Positions 6,912 to 16,509 of a stretch of 64,000 nt of DNA are shown one piece after another (position 1 is the first letter of the stretch; the number at the start of each line of letters is the position of its first letter). The notes beneath the pieces are model-generated. The model saw nothing but the letters and a program-made list of their open reading frames with translations. It searched no databases and was not told where the DNA came from. The translations under genes and the position numbers were made by a program. This DNA comes from Candidatus Levybacteria bacterium RIFCSPLOWO2_01_FULL_38_21 (GTDB lineage Bacteria; Patescibacteriota; Microgenomatia; Levybacterales; UBA12049), in contig MFOT01000024.1 in NCBI GenBank assembly GCA_001782475.1, positions 42,578 through 106,577 on the forward strand, written 5' to 3'.

Positions 6912-9900
6912 ATGAAGTTAAGCAAATTTTTGGCTGTCCCCGCAGTAACTTTTCTATTTTTTGTCTTCTTATCTGGCAGTGCCTATGCTTCTTTCTCTTA
7001 CTCATACGATTCCTCTCCGCCCTCCGCCGACCAGGTAGCTGATTCATTCTGCGCTGGCTCCATCCAGACTTGTTGGAACAGTTCGTCTGTTGGTGTAACA
7101 GATTGTGGAACTGCTTGTACCGGCGGTAACGCCTGGGAAAAGCATGTATATTCAGGCTGTTATTATGTAGCTTTTTTAGGTTATAAGGCATGGCTTCCAT
7201 TTGCATCCGCTACCTGCTCAACCGGGGATAAGTGTACGAGTAGTTGGCCTTATCTAAACGCTGGATATTGCGATTGCTCAGTCGGAGGCATATATAAAAC
7301 CTGCTGTGATACTACGACAGGAAGAGCTGATGGGGCTTGCGTGGCATATGCTGTTGATACCACAAATCCTCCATGGGAAGGTTATTGTCCTGCGGGAACA
7401 GCGACGGAGTTCTGTGGCTTCGGAGGCTATCCTGCCTGCGGAGATGCGGCTTGCGCAAAGTACGCCCCCCCTCCAGATTGTAATACTGGGGTTTCTTGTT
7501 CTGGAGCCTGCAGCGCGCCGGCAAATACCTGCTCTACAAATAATGGAACGCAAACAAGCTGTGTCTATACAGCCTACAGCGGAGGAGGATCCTGCACTCA
7601 AACAACTGCTCCCAACCAACAATGCACAGTTAATAATTGTTCTGCGGGATATACTTGCCAGAGTGGCATTTGTACGGCAGGACCGAATCCTCCTACTGCC
7701 GCAATCAACGGACCCACTTCCATTACACTTGGCCAATCAGGCAGCTTTACTGCAACCGCCAACCAAGACTCAACCAGTTCGCTTGCATCCGGAGAAATTT
7801 ATTGGTCGCCAACCGGTTCTCAATCCTGGACTCTTCTTAATCCCGTAGCTGCGCTTTCGGGCTCAACTGGGTCATTTTCCAGAACGTGGACTCCGACTGC
7901 TACCGGTACTTACTACGTAGTTGTCAACGCTTACAATGTAAATGGCCAACAATGCACAGGTAATCCTTTCGGGATTGATCCCGGCTGGGTTAATTGCGGA
8001 TCAAACGATGCTGTAACTGTCACAGTCACAACTGTAGCAGCAACCCCAACCCCAACTCCCACACCTGCCTCTTCATGCAATGCTGCGTGCATTGCAAGTG
8101 GTTATTATTATGGAATATGCCAAGGTGCATGCGGTGGAAACTATGATGGATCGCCTAGTCAATATGAATGTGCAAGTAATATTGGTGCACCTCTTTGCTG
8201 TTGTTCACGTGTGCCAGCCACTCCAACTCCAACCCCGACTGGCGCTCCAACTCCCACTCCAACTCGAGCTCCCTCAACATACGACATTTCTGGTACTGTT
8301 TGGGTAGATACCAATGGGAATGGGTTTAAGGACATATTAGAAGATGGATTCCAGAGCGCTCGCATAACCATAACCGGCGGTGCTTTTAGGAATACAGACA
8401 ACTCTGGATTTTACCTTTTTTCAAGTCTAGCTTCCGGAACATATACAATTACTCTTACTGTACCTTCTGGCTATATCTTAACCACTTCAAATCCTGTCAC
8501 CAGAACCCTCCCGAACAATGCCACAGCTAATTTTGGGATACAACCCCTATCAACCATCTCTGGAACTGTATTTGTGGACACTAATGGGAGTGGGGCTAAG
8601 GACACAGGAGAACCGGGATACAGCGGGGCTACCCTAACCGGACCCGGCGGTGAGACTGATACTACAGGCGCCAGTGGATCTTACGGTTTTCCAGGTCTAG
8701 CTTCCGGAACCTATACAATTACTCTTACTGTACCTTCTGGCTATATCTTAACCACTTCAAATCCTGTCACCAGAACCCTCCCGCCCGATGCCACAGCTAA
8801 TTTTGGGATAAGATTCAACAAGCCAGACCTGGTTGTCTCAAATCTTAGTGTCCAGTCGGTTGCCGCAGGCCCGATAACACCAAGAGATGGCAGTAGCTTT
8901 GATACCAATGGCGGCTCGGGCGCAAGTTGGTCAAATCCAACCTATGCTCAGACTTCCAATAGCCAGCGCGCCTCTGTTTCACTGGACGGTAATCCCAGTT
9001 CCCGTTATCTTAAGGCTCAAGGCTTTGGTTTTAACATTCTACCCGGTTCTACCATCAATGGTATTCTCGTTGAGGTAGAACGCAGGGCCGAAGAAGAAGG
9101 CTGGGGCGGCAATCCCAGAATAGTAGATGATGTCATCAGACTTGTCAAAGCCGATGGAACAATTGGCGGAAGTAACAGAGCAGGCAGTAGTTACTGGCCA
9201 GAATCGGATGCTTATACAAGCTATGGCTCAGGTACCTACCTGTGGGTCCTAACCTGGACACCGGCCGATATCAATAATTCCAATTTTGGGGTGGCAGTCT
9301 CGGCCAGGAATGAGGGTGATGACGCAATTGCATACATTGACCATATCCGTATCACGGTGTATTTAGCTTCCGAAGCAGGAGAGTCGTTAGAAGCAGTCTT
9401 TACCTTAAAAAATAACAGTTCTATTACCACGCCACCCGGGGTTAATTTTAGGATTGATCTTTGGCCGGACCGCACCAGCTCTCCCAATCTTGGAGAACTA
9501 AGTGATTGTACCCCGACCCCTTGTAAGATAGACCAAACAGAAATGGCCGCCAATGAACAGAGATCCGTGACTATACCTTTCACCGCTCCCTTAACCGCTG
9601 GAACAAAGACGGTCCAAATTTTGGCTGATTCGCCGGACGTCATTGACGAAATGGAGGAGTTAACTAATAATAGGATATCTAAAATCTACTTTGTTACTGC
9701 ACCCCCAACATACACAATTTCTGGAAATGTATTTGTAGACGCCGATAAAAATCGGCTCAAGAATGGAGGGGAGACAAACTACACAGGCGCAATCACTATT
9801 TCCTCAACAGAAGGAACTGTATCTGCTCCCTCTGGTACTGGGGTTTACACTGTAGACGGTTTAATAGAAGGAACATATACAATTTCTTACACAGATCTTC

Positions 9901-10904
9901 CTTCTGGATATCAACTAACATATCCTCTAAACGGTCCCCCGCCCTCTTTTACGGTTACGGTTGGGGCATCTTGTTCTGTTGGCGGTTCAAACAGCGCAAC
10001 TTGCGGTGGAGGAAGCATTTCAAATCTTAACTTTGGCATAACCAATTCAAATCCATGGATCCAGTCAACCTGTACAGATATAAGATTTGATACTGGCTTT
10101 GATGACCCCATACCAATAACCGCTGATCCTGTTCTCTGTGGCGGGCCAAATGCATCTATCAATGCATCTATTTCAGTCGTTTGCACAACTCCGGGAATCA
10201 TTATGTCTGGAGACAGCTCATATTCCTTTGGTCAAGGACAGGCCTCATCTACGAACTGGGTCGTGGGGGGAACTACCTATCCGGAAGTTTTTGCTCCCAC
10301 AAGAGGAGGCGGCTTTGCAACTTCTTACGCATATGTCTTATCTGTTATAAAACAAGCAGGTCTAACACCAACGGATCTTTCAACCGTATGTACCCTTTCA
10401 AACTGCACTTTACCCGCAGGATTTTCTCACGGTCTTTACAAGGCAAATTCTGATCTCTACCTTAACGCTTTTACATTCCTAGCCTCATCAAATTATGTAA
10501 TCTTGGTCAACGGAAATCTCTACATTCGCGGTAAAATCCTCGTACCAAATGGTTCAACCGCAACCTTTATTGTCTCTGGCAACATTTATGTAGACCAAAC
10601 CGTAGGAGAAGCAGTTATTTCATCAACAACCCCTGATATTGAAGGCTTCTATAGTACGGATAAGAGTTTTATAATCCAGGGTACAAACGACTGCATGGTG
10701 GGAGCGGATTTACGACTAAATGTTGCCGGCACAATTGTAGTTAATGCAGGACTTACGGGCGGATCATTCCAAAACTTAAGAGATCTTTGCGGAGGAAATC
10801 TTTCCTGTCCTGTATTTTCGATATCAGAAAGGCCAGATTTTATTCTAAATGCTCCGGAGGTAATAAAAAGACAGAATGCAATTTATCAGGAAGTAGCACC
10901 CTAG
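6912..10904 (+). CDS. giant secreted/cell-surface protein (1330 aa) with Cys-rich N-domain, PT linkers and tandem Cna-B/SdrD-B-like repeats
   Basis: Signal peptide MKLSKFLAVPAVTFLFFVFLSGSAYAS; about 40 Cys in the first 400 aa; linkers ATPTPTPTPASS and PATPTPTPTGAPTPTPT; two near-identical repeats ...SGTYTITLTVPSGYILTTSNPVTRTLP..ATANFGI... (DNA 8404-8530 and 8665-8800). Confidence 0.6.
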   Translation: MKLSKFLAVPAVTFLFFVFLSGSAYASFSYSYDSSPPSADQVADSFCAGSIQTCWNSSSVGVTDCGTACTGGNAWEKHVYSGCYYVAFLGYKAWLPFASATCSTGDKCTSSWPYLNAGYCDCSVGGIYKTCCDTTTGRADGACVAYAVDTTNPPWEGYCPAGTATEFCGFGGYPACGDAACAKYAPPPDCNTGVSCSGACSAPANTCSTNNGTQTSCVYTAYSGGGSCTQTTAPNQQCTVNNCSAGYTCQSGICTAGPNPPTAAINGPTSITLGQSGSFTATANQDSTSSLASGEIYWSPTGSQSWTLLNPVAALSGSTGSFSRTWTPTATGTYYVVVNAYNVNGQQCTGNPFGIDPGWVNCGSNDAVTVTVTTVAATPTPTPTPASSCNAACIASGYYYGICQGACGGNYDGSPSQYECASNIGAPLCCCSRVPATPTPTPTGAPTPTPTRAPSTYDISGTVWVDTNGNGFKDILEDGFQSARITITGGAFRNTDNSGFYLFSSLASGTYTITLTVPSGYILTTSNPVTRTLPNNATANFGIQPLSTISGTVFVDTNGSGAKDTGEPGYSGATLTGPGGETDTTGASGSYGFPGLASGTYTITLTVPSGYILTTSNPVTRTLPPDATANFGIRFNKPDLVVSNLSVQSVAAGPITPRDGSSFDTNGGSGASWSNPTYAQTSNSQRASVSLDGNPSSRYLKAQGFGFNILPGSTINGILVEVERRAEEEGWGGNPRIVDDVIRLVKADGTIGGSNRAGSSYWPESDAYTSYGSGTYLWVLTWTPADINNSNFGVAVSARNEGDDAIAYIDHIRITVYLASEAGESLEAVFTLKNNSSITTPPGVNFRIDLWPDRTSSPNLGELSDCTPTPCKIDQTEMAANEQRSVTIPFTAPLTAGTKTVQILADSPDVIDEMEELTNNRISKIYFVTAPPTYTISGNVFVDADKNRLKNGGETNYTGAITISSTEGTVSAPSGTGVYTVDGLIEGTYTISYTDLPSGYQLTYPLNGPPPSFTVTVGASCSVGGSNSATCGGGSISNLNFGITNSNPWIQSTCTDIRFDTGFDDPIPITADPVLCGGPNASINASISVVCTTPGIIMSGDSSYSFGQGQASSTNWVVGGTTYPEVFAPTRGGGFATSYAYVLSVIKQAGLTPTDLSTVCTLSNCTLPAGFSHGLYKANSDLYLNAFTFLASSNYVILVNGNLYIRGKILVPNGSTATFIVSGNIYVDQTVGEAVISSTTPDIEGFYSTDKSFIIQGTNDCMVGADLRLNVAGTIVVNAGLTGGSFQNLRDLCGGNLSCPVFSISERPDFILNAPEVIKRQNAIYQEVAP

Positions 10905-10916
10905 CGCAAAGCGCTA

Positions 10917-10952
10917 AGGAAATTCTAAACACTAAATCCGAAATCCTAAACA
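10917..10952. repeat. left terminal inverted repeat of a MITE-like element (AAATCCTAAA-type arm)
   Basis: ttctaaacactaaatccgaaatcctaaac is the reverse complement of the arm at 55592-55622 and is inverted relative to 11322-11385. Confidence 0.5.
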
Positions 10953-10959
10953 AATAATA

Positions 10960-11319
10960 ATGGACCAGATCACAAATAATAAACGGTATGACCTAGAAGA
11001 ACGATGCTTAAATTTTGCCAAGAGGGCCAATAAGTATATAAACCATTTACCCAAGACTATTACTAATATCGAAAATGGAAAACAATTAGCAAGATCCGTA
11101 GGATCTGTTGGAGCAAATTATATAGAAGCAAATGAAGCGCTAAGCAAAAAAGATTTCATAATGAGAGCTAAAATTTGCAAGAAGGAAGCTAAAGAAAGCA
11201 GATTTTGGTTTACTCTTTCAGAACCTTTGCAAGGAGAACAAAAAGAAAAAGATCTGCTCATTCAGGAAGCAACAGAACTTATGAAAATCTTTGGATCGAT
11301 TCTTGAAAAATCTAAATAG
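10960..11319 (+). CDS. four helix bundle protein (TIGR02436-like; 23S rRNA intervening-sequence protein family)
   Basis: RSVGSVGANYIEANEALSKKDFIMRAKICKKEAKESRFWFTL is the hallmark of this family. Confidence 0.7.
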   Translation: MDQITNNKRYDLEERCLNFAKRANKYINHLPKTITNIENGKQLARSVGSVGANYIEANEALSKKDFIMRAKICKKEAKESRFWFTLSEPLQGEQKEKDLLIQEATELMKIFGSILEKSK

Positions 11320-11321
11320 TT

Positions 11322-11385
11322 CTGGGATTTGAGGATTTAGAATTTAAATATTGTTTAGTATTTAGATATTAGAATTTAGGATTTA
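11322..11385. repeat. right terminal inverted repeat of the MITE-like element
   Basis: gggatttgaggatttagaatttaaatattgtttagtatttagatattagaatttaggattta matches arms at 55497-55530 and 55590-55622. Confidence 0.5.
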
Positions 11386-12408
11386 ATTAAGATAAGTGAT
11401 TTCTTCCTCTAGTTCCAGCTTGTATTTTTCTTTTATAATCTCTTTTATTTCTCCAATTAAACTTCTTACATCTTCCGATGTCGCGTTGCCAAGATTGACA
11501 ATAAAATTAGGATGCTTTTCGGAGACCATTGCGCCTCCTTGTCTTTTCCCTTTTAAACCTGCTACTGCTAAAAGTTTAGCTGTTGGCAAAATAGGAAAAG
11601 GATCATCTTTTATCGAACTACTTAGTCCTCCTAATAATTTTTGGGGAACTTTTTCGATTGGGATGTTTTTGAAAATACTTCCTATATTTGGGTATTCTAG
11701 AGGATGTCTTTCTTTCCGATAATTGATCTTTTTCTCGATCTGTCTTTTAATTAAATCTTTATTGCCCCCTTGAAGTTTTAATTCCACTGAGATTATAATT
11801 TCACTTTTCCCCTCCCCGTCTTTAAAAATACTTGATCTATACCCAAAATTGCACTCTGAGTTTTTTCTTTTTCTAACCTCGTAGGTTGCGAGATTACCAA
11901 CCTCGTAGGTTGAGAGACTTTCGACTTCGTAAGCACTATCTTTTATTTCCCCTTTAAATGCTCCAGCATTCCCCCTGACAGCGCCGCCGATTGTGCCAGG
12001 AAGACCTCCTGCCCACTCAAGTCCGGATAGACAATTTTGAACACAAAAATTGAGCAAATCCTCCAATAAAACACCGGCGCCGGCTAAAATCTTAATATTG
12101 CCAGCCTCGCCAACCTCGCAGGTTTCGTGCGTGCAACCTGCGAGGTTACAATAACCCAATATCCTGATCTCTTTTATTTTATTGTGAATAACAAGTCCAT
12201 TAAATCCTTTATCGCTTACTAAGACATTCGTCCCCCCACCGAAGATAAACATATCCTGCGAAGGTGATTTTTTTGAGATTTTTTTCCATTGTTTAAGGCC
12301 TTCGATTAACTCCTCAACGCTTGAAACCTTAAGAAGATACTTGGCTCTGCCCCCGATTTTGAAATTGTTGAGGTCTTTTAAAGAGATATCTTTTTGAATC
12401 GAAACCAT
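11383..12408 (-). CDS. murB: UDP-N-acetylenolpyruvoylglucosamine reductase
   Basis: FAD-binding N-terminus (GGRAKYLL...FGGGTNVLV) and MurB C-terminal domain; contains in-frame palindromic insertions (YEVESLSTYEVGNLATYEV; CTHETCEVGEAG). Confidence 0.75.
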   Translation of the reverse strand: MVSIQKDISLKDLNNFKIGGRAKYLLKVSSVEELIEGLKQWKKISKKSPSQDMFIFGGGTNVLVSDKGFNGLVIHNKIKEIRILGYCNLAGCTHETCEVGEAGNIKILAGAGVLLEDLLNFCVQNCLSGLEWAGGLPGTIGGAVRGNAGAFKGEIKDSAYEVESLSTYEVGNLATYEVRKRKNSECNFGYRSSIFKDGEGKSEIIISVELKLQGGNKDLIKRQIEKKINYRKERHPLEYPNIGSIFKNIPIEKVPQKLLGGLSSSIKDDPFPILPTAKLLAVAGLKGKRQGGAMVSEKHPNFIVNLGNATSEDVRSLIGEIKEIIKEKYKLELEEEITYLN

Positions 12409-12411
12409 AAG

Positions 12412-13530
12412 CTACCTACTCGGGGCGGGTTTTAGAGCTGCTTTTGTGTCAATTGTCTTCCCATTTCTCCAAACTGTAATATTTATGCTGTCTTCTACTT
12501 TTTTTCTTGAAATTATGCCTGCAACGTCTGTTTTGCCCTCAATCCTTTTGCCGTCGATTTTTATAATTATATCTCCTTTCTCAATTCCTGCCTTTTCTGC
12601 CGAGGAACCAGCGATAACTTCCTGAACAAAAGCGCCCTCCGGGACATTATTTAAAAGAGCAACATCCCGATCTATAATCTTATAGGCAATTCCCAAATAC
12701 GGCCTGTTAAACTGGCCGCTTTCATTAAAATTTTTAAGCGAATCTTTAACAACGTTTATCGGAAGCGCAAATCCGATATTTTGTCCTCCCCTTGCAATTG
12801 CGGTGTTTATTCCGATAACTTGCGAAGAGGAGTTCAAAAGAGGGCCTCCGCTGTTTCCGGGATTAATTGCCGCAGATGTTTGTATAACATTATCAAGCCG
12901 CTCAACATACCCTTCAAATTCCGATCCTGCTGTAATCCCCCGGCCTAACCCAGATATTACTCCTGTTGTTACAGTATTTCTAAATTCACCAAGCGCTGTT
13001 CCGATTGCAATTGCAAACTGACCTACTACAAGTTTTGATGAATCGCCCATTTCAACAGGCTTTAATTTCTGAGGCGGATTTTGGGAGGGGTCGATTTTAA
13101 GAATTGCAATATCATTTAGCGGGTCTCTGTAGATTTTTTGAACATCGTATTTTTTATCGGCTGCGGTTATTATCTGATAAGAAACTCCGCTGTCTCCCAC
13201 GACATGTTTGTTTGTTACAATAAACCCGTCTTTTGAAACCATAAACCCAGATCCAATATTTTGGGACTGCGGTTGCGCGGGAGATTCAAAGATTGAAAAA
13301 GGTCCAAAAGAAAACTGACGGGAGGACGAGGAAACTTCAACAACTGTTACAACCGAGGGTCCAACTTTTTTAACAGCATCTATTACTATAGATTCTTCTG
13401 TAACAATTTTTACTTTTTCTTGCGAAGGCGCTTCGGGATTTTTAAGAGCCTGAGGCAGATAATTTGCTACAGCGCTTAAAATGAATAAAACAGCAACTAA
13501 AATAGCGGCAAGAATTATTAACCTTCTCAT
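12412..13530 (-). CDS. htrA: periplasmic serine protease HtrA/DegP (trypsin-like plus PDZ)
   Basis: GSGFMVSKDGFIVTNKHVV carries the catalytic His; INPGNSGGPLLN carries the catalytic Ser; a PDZ domain sits at the C-terminus; N-terminal TM anchor. Confidence 0.8.
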   Translation of the reverse strand: MRRLIILAAILVAVLFILSAVANYLPQALKNPEAPSQEKVKIVTEESIVIDAVKKVGPSVVTVVEVSSSSRQFSFGPFSIFESPAQPQSQNIGSGFMVSKDGFIVTNKHVVGDSGVSYQIITAADKKYDVQKIYRDPLNDIAILKIDPSQNPPQKLKPVEMGDSSKLVVGQFAIAIGTALGEFRNTVTTGVISGLGRGITAGSEFEGYVERLDNVIQTSAAINPGNSGGPLLNSSSQVIGINTAIARGGQNIGFALPINVVKDSLKNFNESGQFNRPYLGIAYKIIDRDVALLNNVPEGAFVQEVIAGSSAEKAGIEKGDIIIKIDGKRIEGKTDVAGIISRKKVEDSINITVWRNGKTIDTKAALKPAPSR

Positions 13531-13536
13531 GTGTGA

Positions 13537-14811
13537 TTATTTTACTAATTCTTCTATTGCTTTTTCAAGTTGAGAATCGCGGGGTTGGTCTTTTTGATCA
13601 AGCGAAACAGATATATCCGGGACCAGTCCTTTCCCGTTTATCCAAGTTCCGTTTGGCGTAAGCCATTTTGCAATAGTTATATGAAGCCCGGCTCCATTCC
13701 CCAAATCCCGAGCCTCTTGGATTGTTCCTTTTCCAAAAGATGTCTCTCCGACTAGTTTTGCTCTACCATTATCCCTTAAGGCTCCGGAGACAATCTCGCT
13801 TGCCGAGGCACTCCCTTTATTGATCAAAATCACAATTGGTGTATTTACAAATAACCCTCTTCTTGAAGCTTTAAGAATAGACCGCTCTGCCTGCCCACTT
13901 TCCTGTATCACAACAGGCGTCCCCTCCTTTAGAAATTCCGATGCTATAAAAGCTGCATCTGTTAAGTATCCTCCGGGATTATTTCGTACATCCAGAATTA
14001 TTCCTTTAAAATTTGGGTTGTTCGCAACTTTTAAGTTGAGGTTATTAACAAGAGCGAGCCAGTCTTTATTTGTGTTATCTCCAAACTGGGAGAGCTTAAG
14101 ATAAATAATCTCATCATTCTCATGGGATTTAAGAAGTGAGGATAATTTAATATTTTCTATATCTTTAACTTTTTTTATGAAACCGTCTATGCTTTTCACC
14201 ACAATTACATCTCTTATTATTTTTATATCCTGCGGAGTTTTTGAGTCTTTATGAAGGATAGAGAGCGTAACAACAGTTCCCTTAGCCCCTCTTATTTTCG
14301 AAACAGCCTGAGAGAGCGTCCAGCCTTCTATGGATGCGCCGTCTACCTTAAGAACTGTATCCCCTGCTTTTATGCCCGCCTTTTGCGCCGGGCTTGAGTC
14401 CAAAGGCGCAATAACAATAATCTTCTTATCTTTTATTCCAAGTTCTGCTCCGATTCCCTGAAATTGCCCTGCAAGCCCCTGTTTAAAATCATTATTTGAG
14501 ACAGGAGGAAGATAAATTGTATACGGGTCTCCGATGCTCTGAACTAGCCCCGATATCGCACTGTTTAGCATTTTAGAAGGATCTAATTTGGATTTATCAT
14601 AATAATTACTCTCAAGGCTCTGCCATACTGTCCAAAAGTTGGAAAAATCCAGATTAGATAAGGAAGGCGGAGGTTCTTTACTTGATATTGATAGGGCTGG
14701 TTTATAATTTTTCCAGTCTAAGGAAATTTTATTAAGCCCAAAATAATAGCCGCCAAAAAAAGCTATTAGAATAAGGATTATAATTTGAAAACCTCGCAGC
14801 CTATCCTTCAT
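13537..14811 (-). CDS. ctpA: carboxy-terminal processing peptidase (S41 family, CtpA/Prc-like)
   Basis: PDZ domain followed by GIILDVRNNPGGYL and the KGSASASEI catalytic Ser region. Confidence 0.8.
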   Translation of the reverse strand: MKDRLRGFQIIILILIAFFGGYYFGLNKISLDWKNYKPALSISSKEPPPSLSNLDFSNFWTVWQSLESNYYDKSKLDPSKMLNSAISGLVQSIGDPYTIYLPPVSNNDFKQGLAGQFQGIGAELGIKDKKIIVIAPLDSSPAQKAGIKAGDTVLKVDGASIEGWTLSQAVSKIRGAKGTVVTLSILHKDSKTPQDIKIIRDVIVVKSIDGFIKKVKDIENIKLSSLLKSHENDEIIYLKLSQFGDNTNKDWLALVNNLNLKVANNPNFKGIILDVRNNPGGYLTDAAFIASEFLKEGTPVVIQESGQAERSILKASRRGLFVNTPIVILINKGSASASEIVSGALRDNGRAKLVGETSFGKGTIQEARDLGNGAGLHITIAKWLTPNGTWINGKGLVPDISVSLDQKDQPRDSQLEKAIEELVK

Positions 14812-15565
14812 AAATAATAATTATCTTCTTTTCGCAGTCCATATAAATTTTTTTACCATTGTGCTTTGCAAGTTTTTCAAAATTTTCACCACTTACCACA
14901 AATACTGGTGTTTTTATCATCTTTTTTTCTAAATCATCCAAATCTTCATCTTTAATATTCACAGAAACTAGCCCCGCTATCCCAAGCCCTATTGATTTTG
15001 ATATTGCCTCTCTTGGAAAAGCTTTTCCTAAAATTATTTTTCCTCTAATCTCCCCATCCAAATCCTGCGAATCTACCTCTTTGTTGCCTATTAAAACCAG
15101 TTGAGCTTGTATAATTCCTTTTCCGCAAACCCTATCTGCCAAAATCGCATCTTTGTCAGTCTTTATTACAATTTTTTCATTATCGCACAATTTAACAACT
15201 CCATCAACAGGCGAAAATAAATTTTCTACATTTGCGCTCTTTTTTTCTCCTCTTATGTAGATAAATCCTGTCTTTTCATCAAACTTAAAAATTGTTCCTG
15301 TTATCGGACTTGCGATTTTTTTTCCTCCAATACCTAAGAATCCTTTTTTAACTGCGAGAATCGTGCCTTTTTCTGCTTTGTCTCCGGGTCTTTTGATAAG
15401 ATATTTTAAGACTTGACCGGGAGAAACGCCGAGAAGCTTGCCTAAATCTCCTCTTTCATCATTTTCTATGGTTCTTTCTGCTATAACCTGGCCTAAGGCT
15501 ACATTATCACCTGTTTTAACCTTTGGAACAAAATCTTCTTCAAGAGGTATGGACAACAAAGTCAT
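14801..15565 (-). CDS. hypothetical protein
   Basis: ORF-track start at 15667 overlaps rpsR; the internal MTLLSIPLEEDF Met at 15565 is the more likely start. No recognisable motif. Confidence 0.35.
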   Translation of the reverse strand: MTLLSIPLEEDFVPKVKTGDNVALGQVIAERTIENDERGDLGKLLGVSPGQVLKYLIKRPGDKAEKGTILAVKKGFLGIGGKKIASPITGTIFKFDEKTGFIYIRGEKKSANVENLFSPVDGVVKLCDNEKIVIKTDKDAILADRVCGKGIIQAQLVLIGNKEVDSQDLDGEIRGKIILGKAFPREAISKSIGLGIAGLVSVNIKDEDLDDLEKKMIKTPVFVVSGENFEKLAKHNGKKIYMDCEKKIIIIYEG

Positions 15566-15579
15566 TATCAAAAAAGGGT

Positions 15580-15822
15580 TTAAATTTCTCGAGCCGTAAA
15601 CGGCAATAAAGCCAAATGTCTTGCCTGTTTTATTTTTTTTGAAACAACTCTTTGATGTTTTGCACAAACACCGCTTCGACCTCTTGGAATAATCTTGTTT
15701 CGCTCGCTTAAAAATCTTTTAAGAACCGCTGTATCTTTAAACGACGGTTCTTTTTTGTCTTTACAAAAATAGCAGACTCCTTTTGTTTTAGGTTTACGAA
15801 TTTTTATTCTCTTTTTAGCCAT
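15580..15822 (-). CDS. rpsR: 30S ribosomal protein S18
   Basis: CYFCKDKKEPSFKD ... FLSERNKIIPRGRSGVCAKHQRVVSKKIKQARHLALLP. Confidence 0.85.
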   Translation of the reverse strand: MAKKRIKIRKPKTKGVCYFCKDKKEPSFKDTAVLKRFLSERNKIIPRGRSGVCAKHQRVVSKKIKQARHLALLPFTAREI

Positions 15823-15905
15823 AAACTAATTGCTAGACAGAATACAATTCTAACAATTTCTTCAAGATTTGACAACTGGTTAAAACTAGTTGCTAGGGGC
15901 TAGTG

Positions 15906-16424
15906 TTAAAATGGGATATCGTCCGGAGCAATTTCTTCGTTAGGAGCTTCTTCTGGTACTTCCTGGGATCCAGGCTCTTTTTTGCCCTTTGGCCCCGCCT
16001 TTGGCGGGGTTGATTTTCCTTTCAATTTTTTACCGCTTGTTTCTTCGGCTACTTCCTCTGGTTTTTCCTCCATTTTCTCTTCCTCGGGTCTTCTTGAGTC
16101 AAGTAAAATCATATCGGATATTATTATCTCTGTTGTTGATCTTTGTGTTCCGTCCTGAGCGTTCCAGGATCTTGTAGAAAGTCTCCCCTCGAGATAGACC
16201 TTTCGCCCTTTAACCAGAAACTGGCTGCAGATTTCGGCCAATTTATTCCATGCGACTACTCTGTGAAAATCAGCCTCGTCTCTTTTTTCTCCTGTTTCGG
16301 TAGTCCATCTTCTGTTTGTAGCAACACTAAAAGAGCAGACAGCAGTTCCGTTTGGAGTGTACCTAAGCTCCGGATCCCTCGTTAAATTTCCAATAATTTG
16401 TGCTCTGTTCAAACTCCTAGCCAT
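15906..16424 (-). CDS. ssb: single-stranded DNA-binding protein
   Basis: OB-fold N-terminus (MARSLNRAQIIGNLTRDPELRYTPNG) and acidic C-terminal tail ending DDIPF. Confidence 0.85.
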   Translation of the reverse strand: MARSLNRAQIIGNLTRDPELRYTPNGTAVCSFSVATNRRWTTETGEKRDEADFHRVVAWNKLAEICSQFLVKGRKVYLEGRLSTRSWNAQDGTQRSTTEIIISDMILLDSRRPEEEKMEEKPEEVAEETSGKKLKGKSTPPKAGPKGKKEPGSQEVPEEAPNEEIAPDDIPF

Positions 16425-16509
16425 ATCCTTAAAATTTCTAATTACTAATTTCTAATTGACCTAAGCGCTTAGAATAATTAGAGCGATTAGGTTAATTAGG
16501 TCAATTTTC

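Noticed and set aside
7278-8401. Several plus- and minus-strand ORFs (7278..7736, 7306..7848, 8080..8307, 8159..8401) inside the giant surface-protein gene
   Set aside because: All lie inside a 4-kb continuous ORF with a signal peptide and domain repeats; they are shadow ORFs from biased composition.
10904-10916. Hairpin AGCGCAAAGCGCT directly after the giant gene stop as an intrinsic terminator
   Set aside because: Only a 5-bp stem and no downstream T-run; too weak to call. It may simply be part of the MITE-like element boundary.
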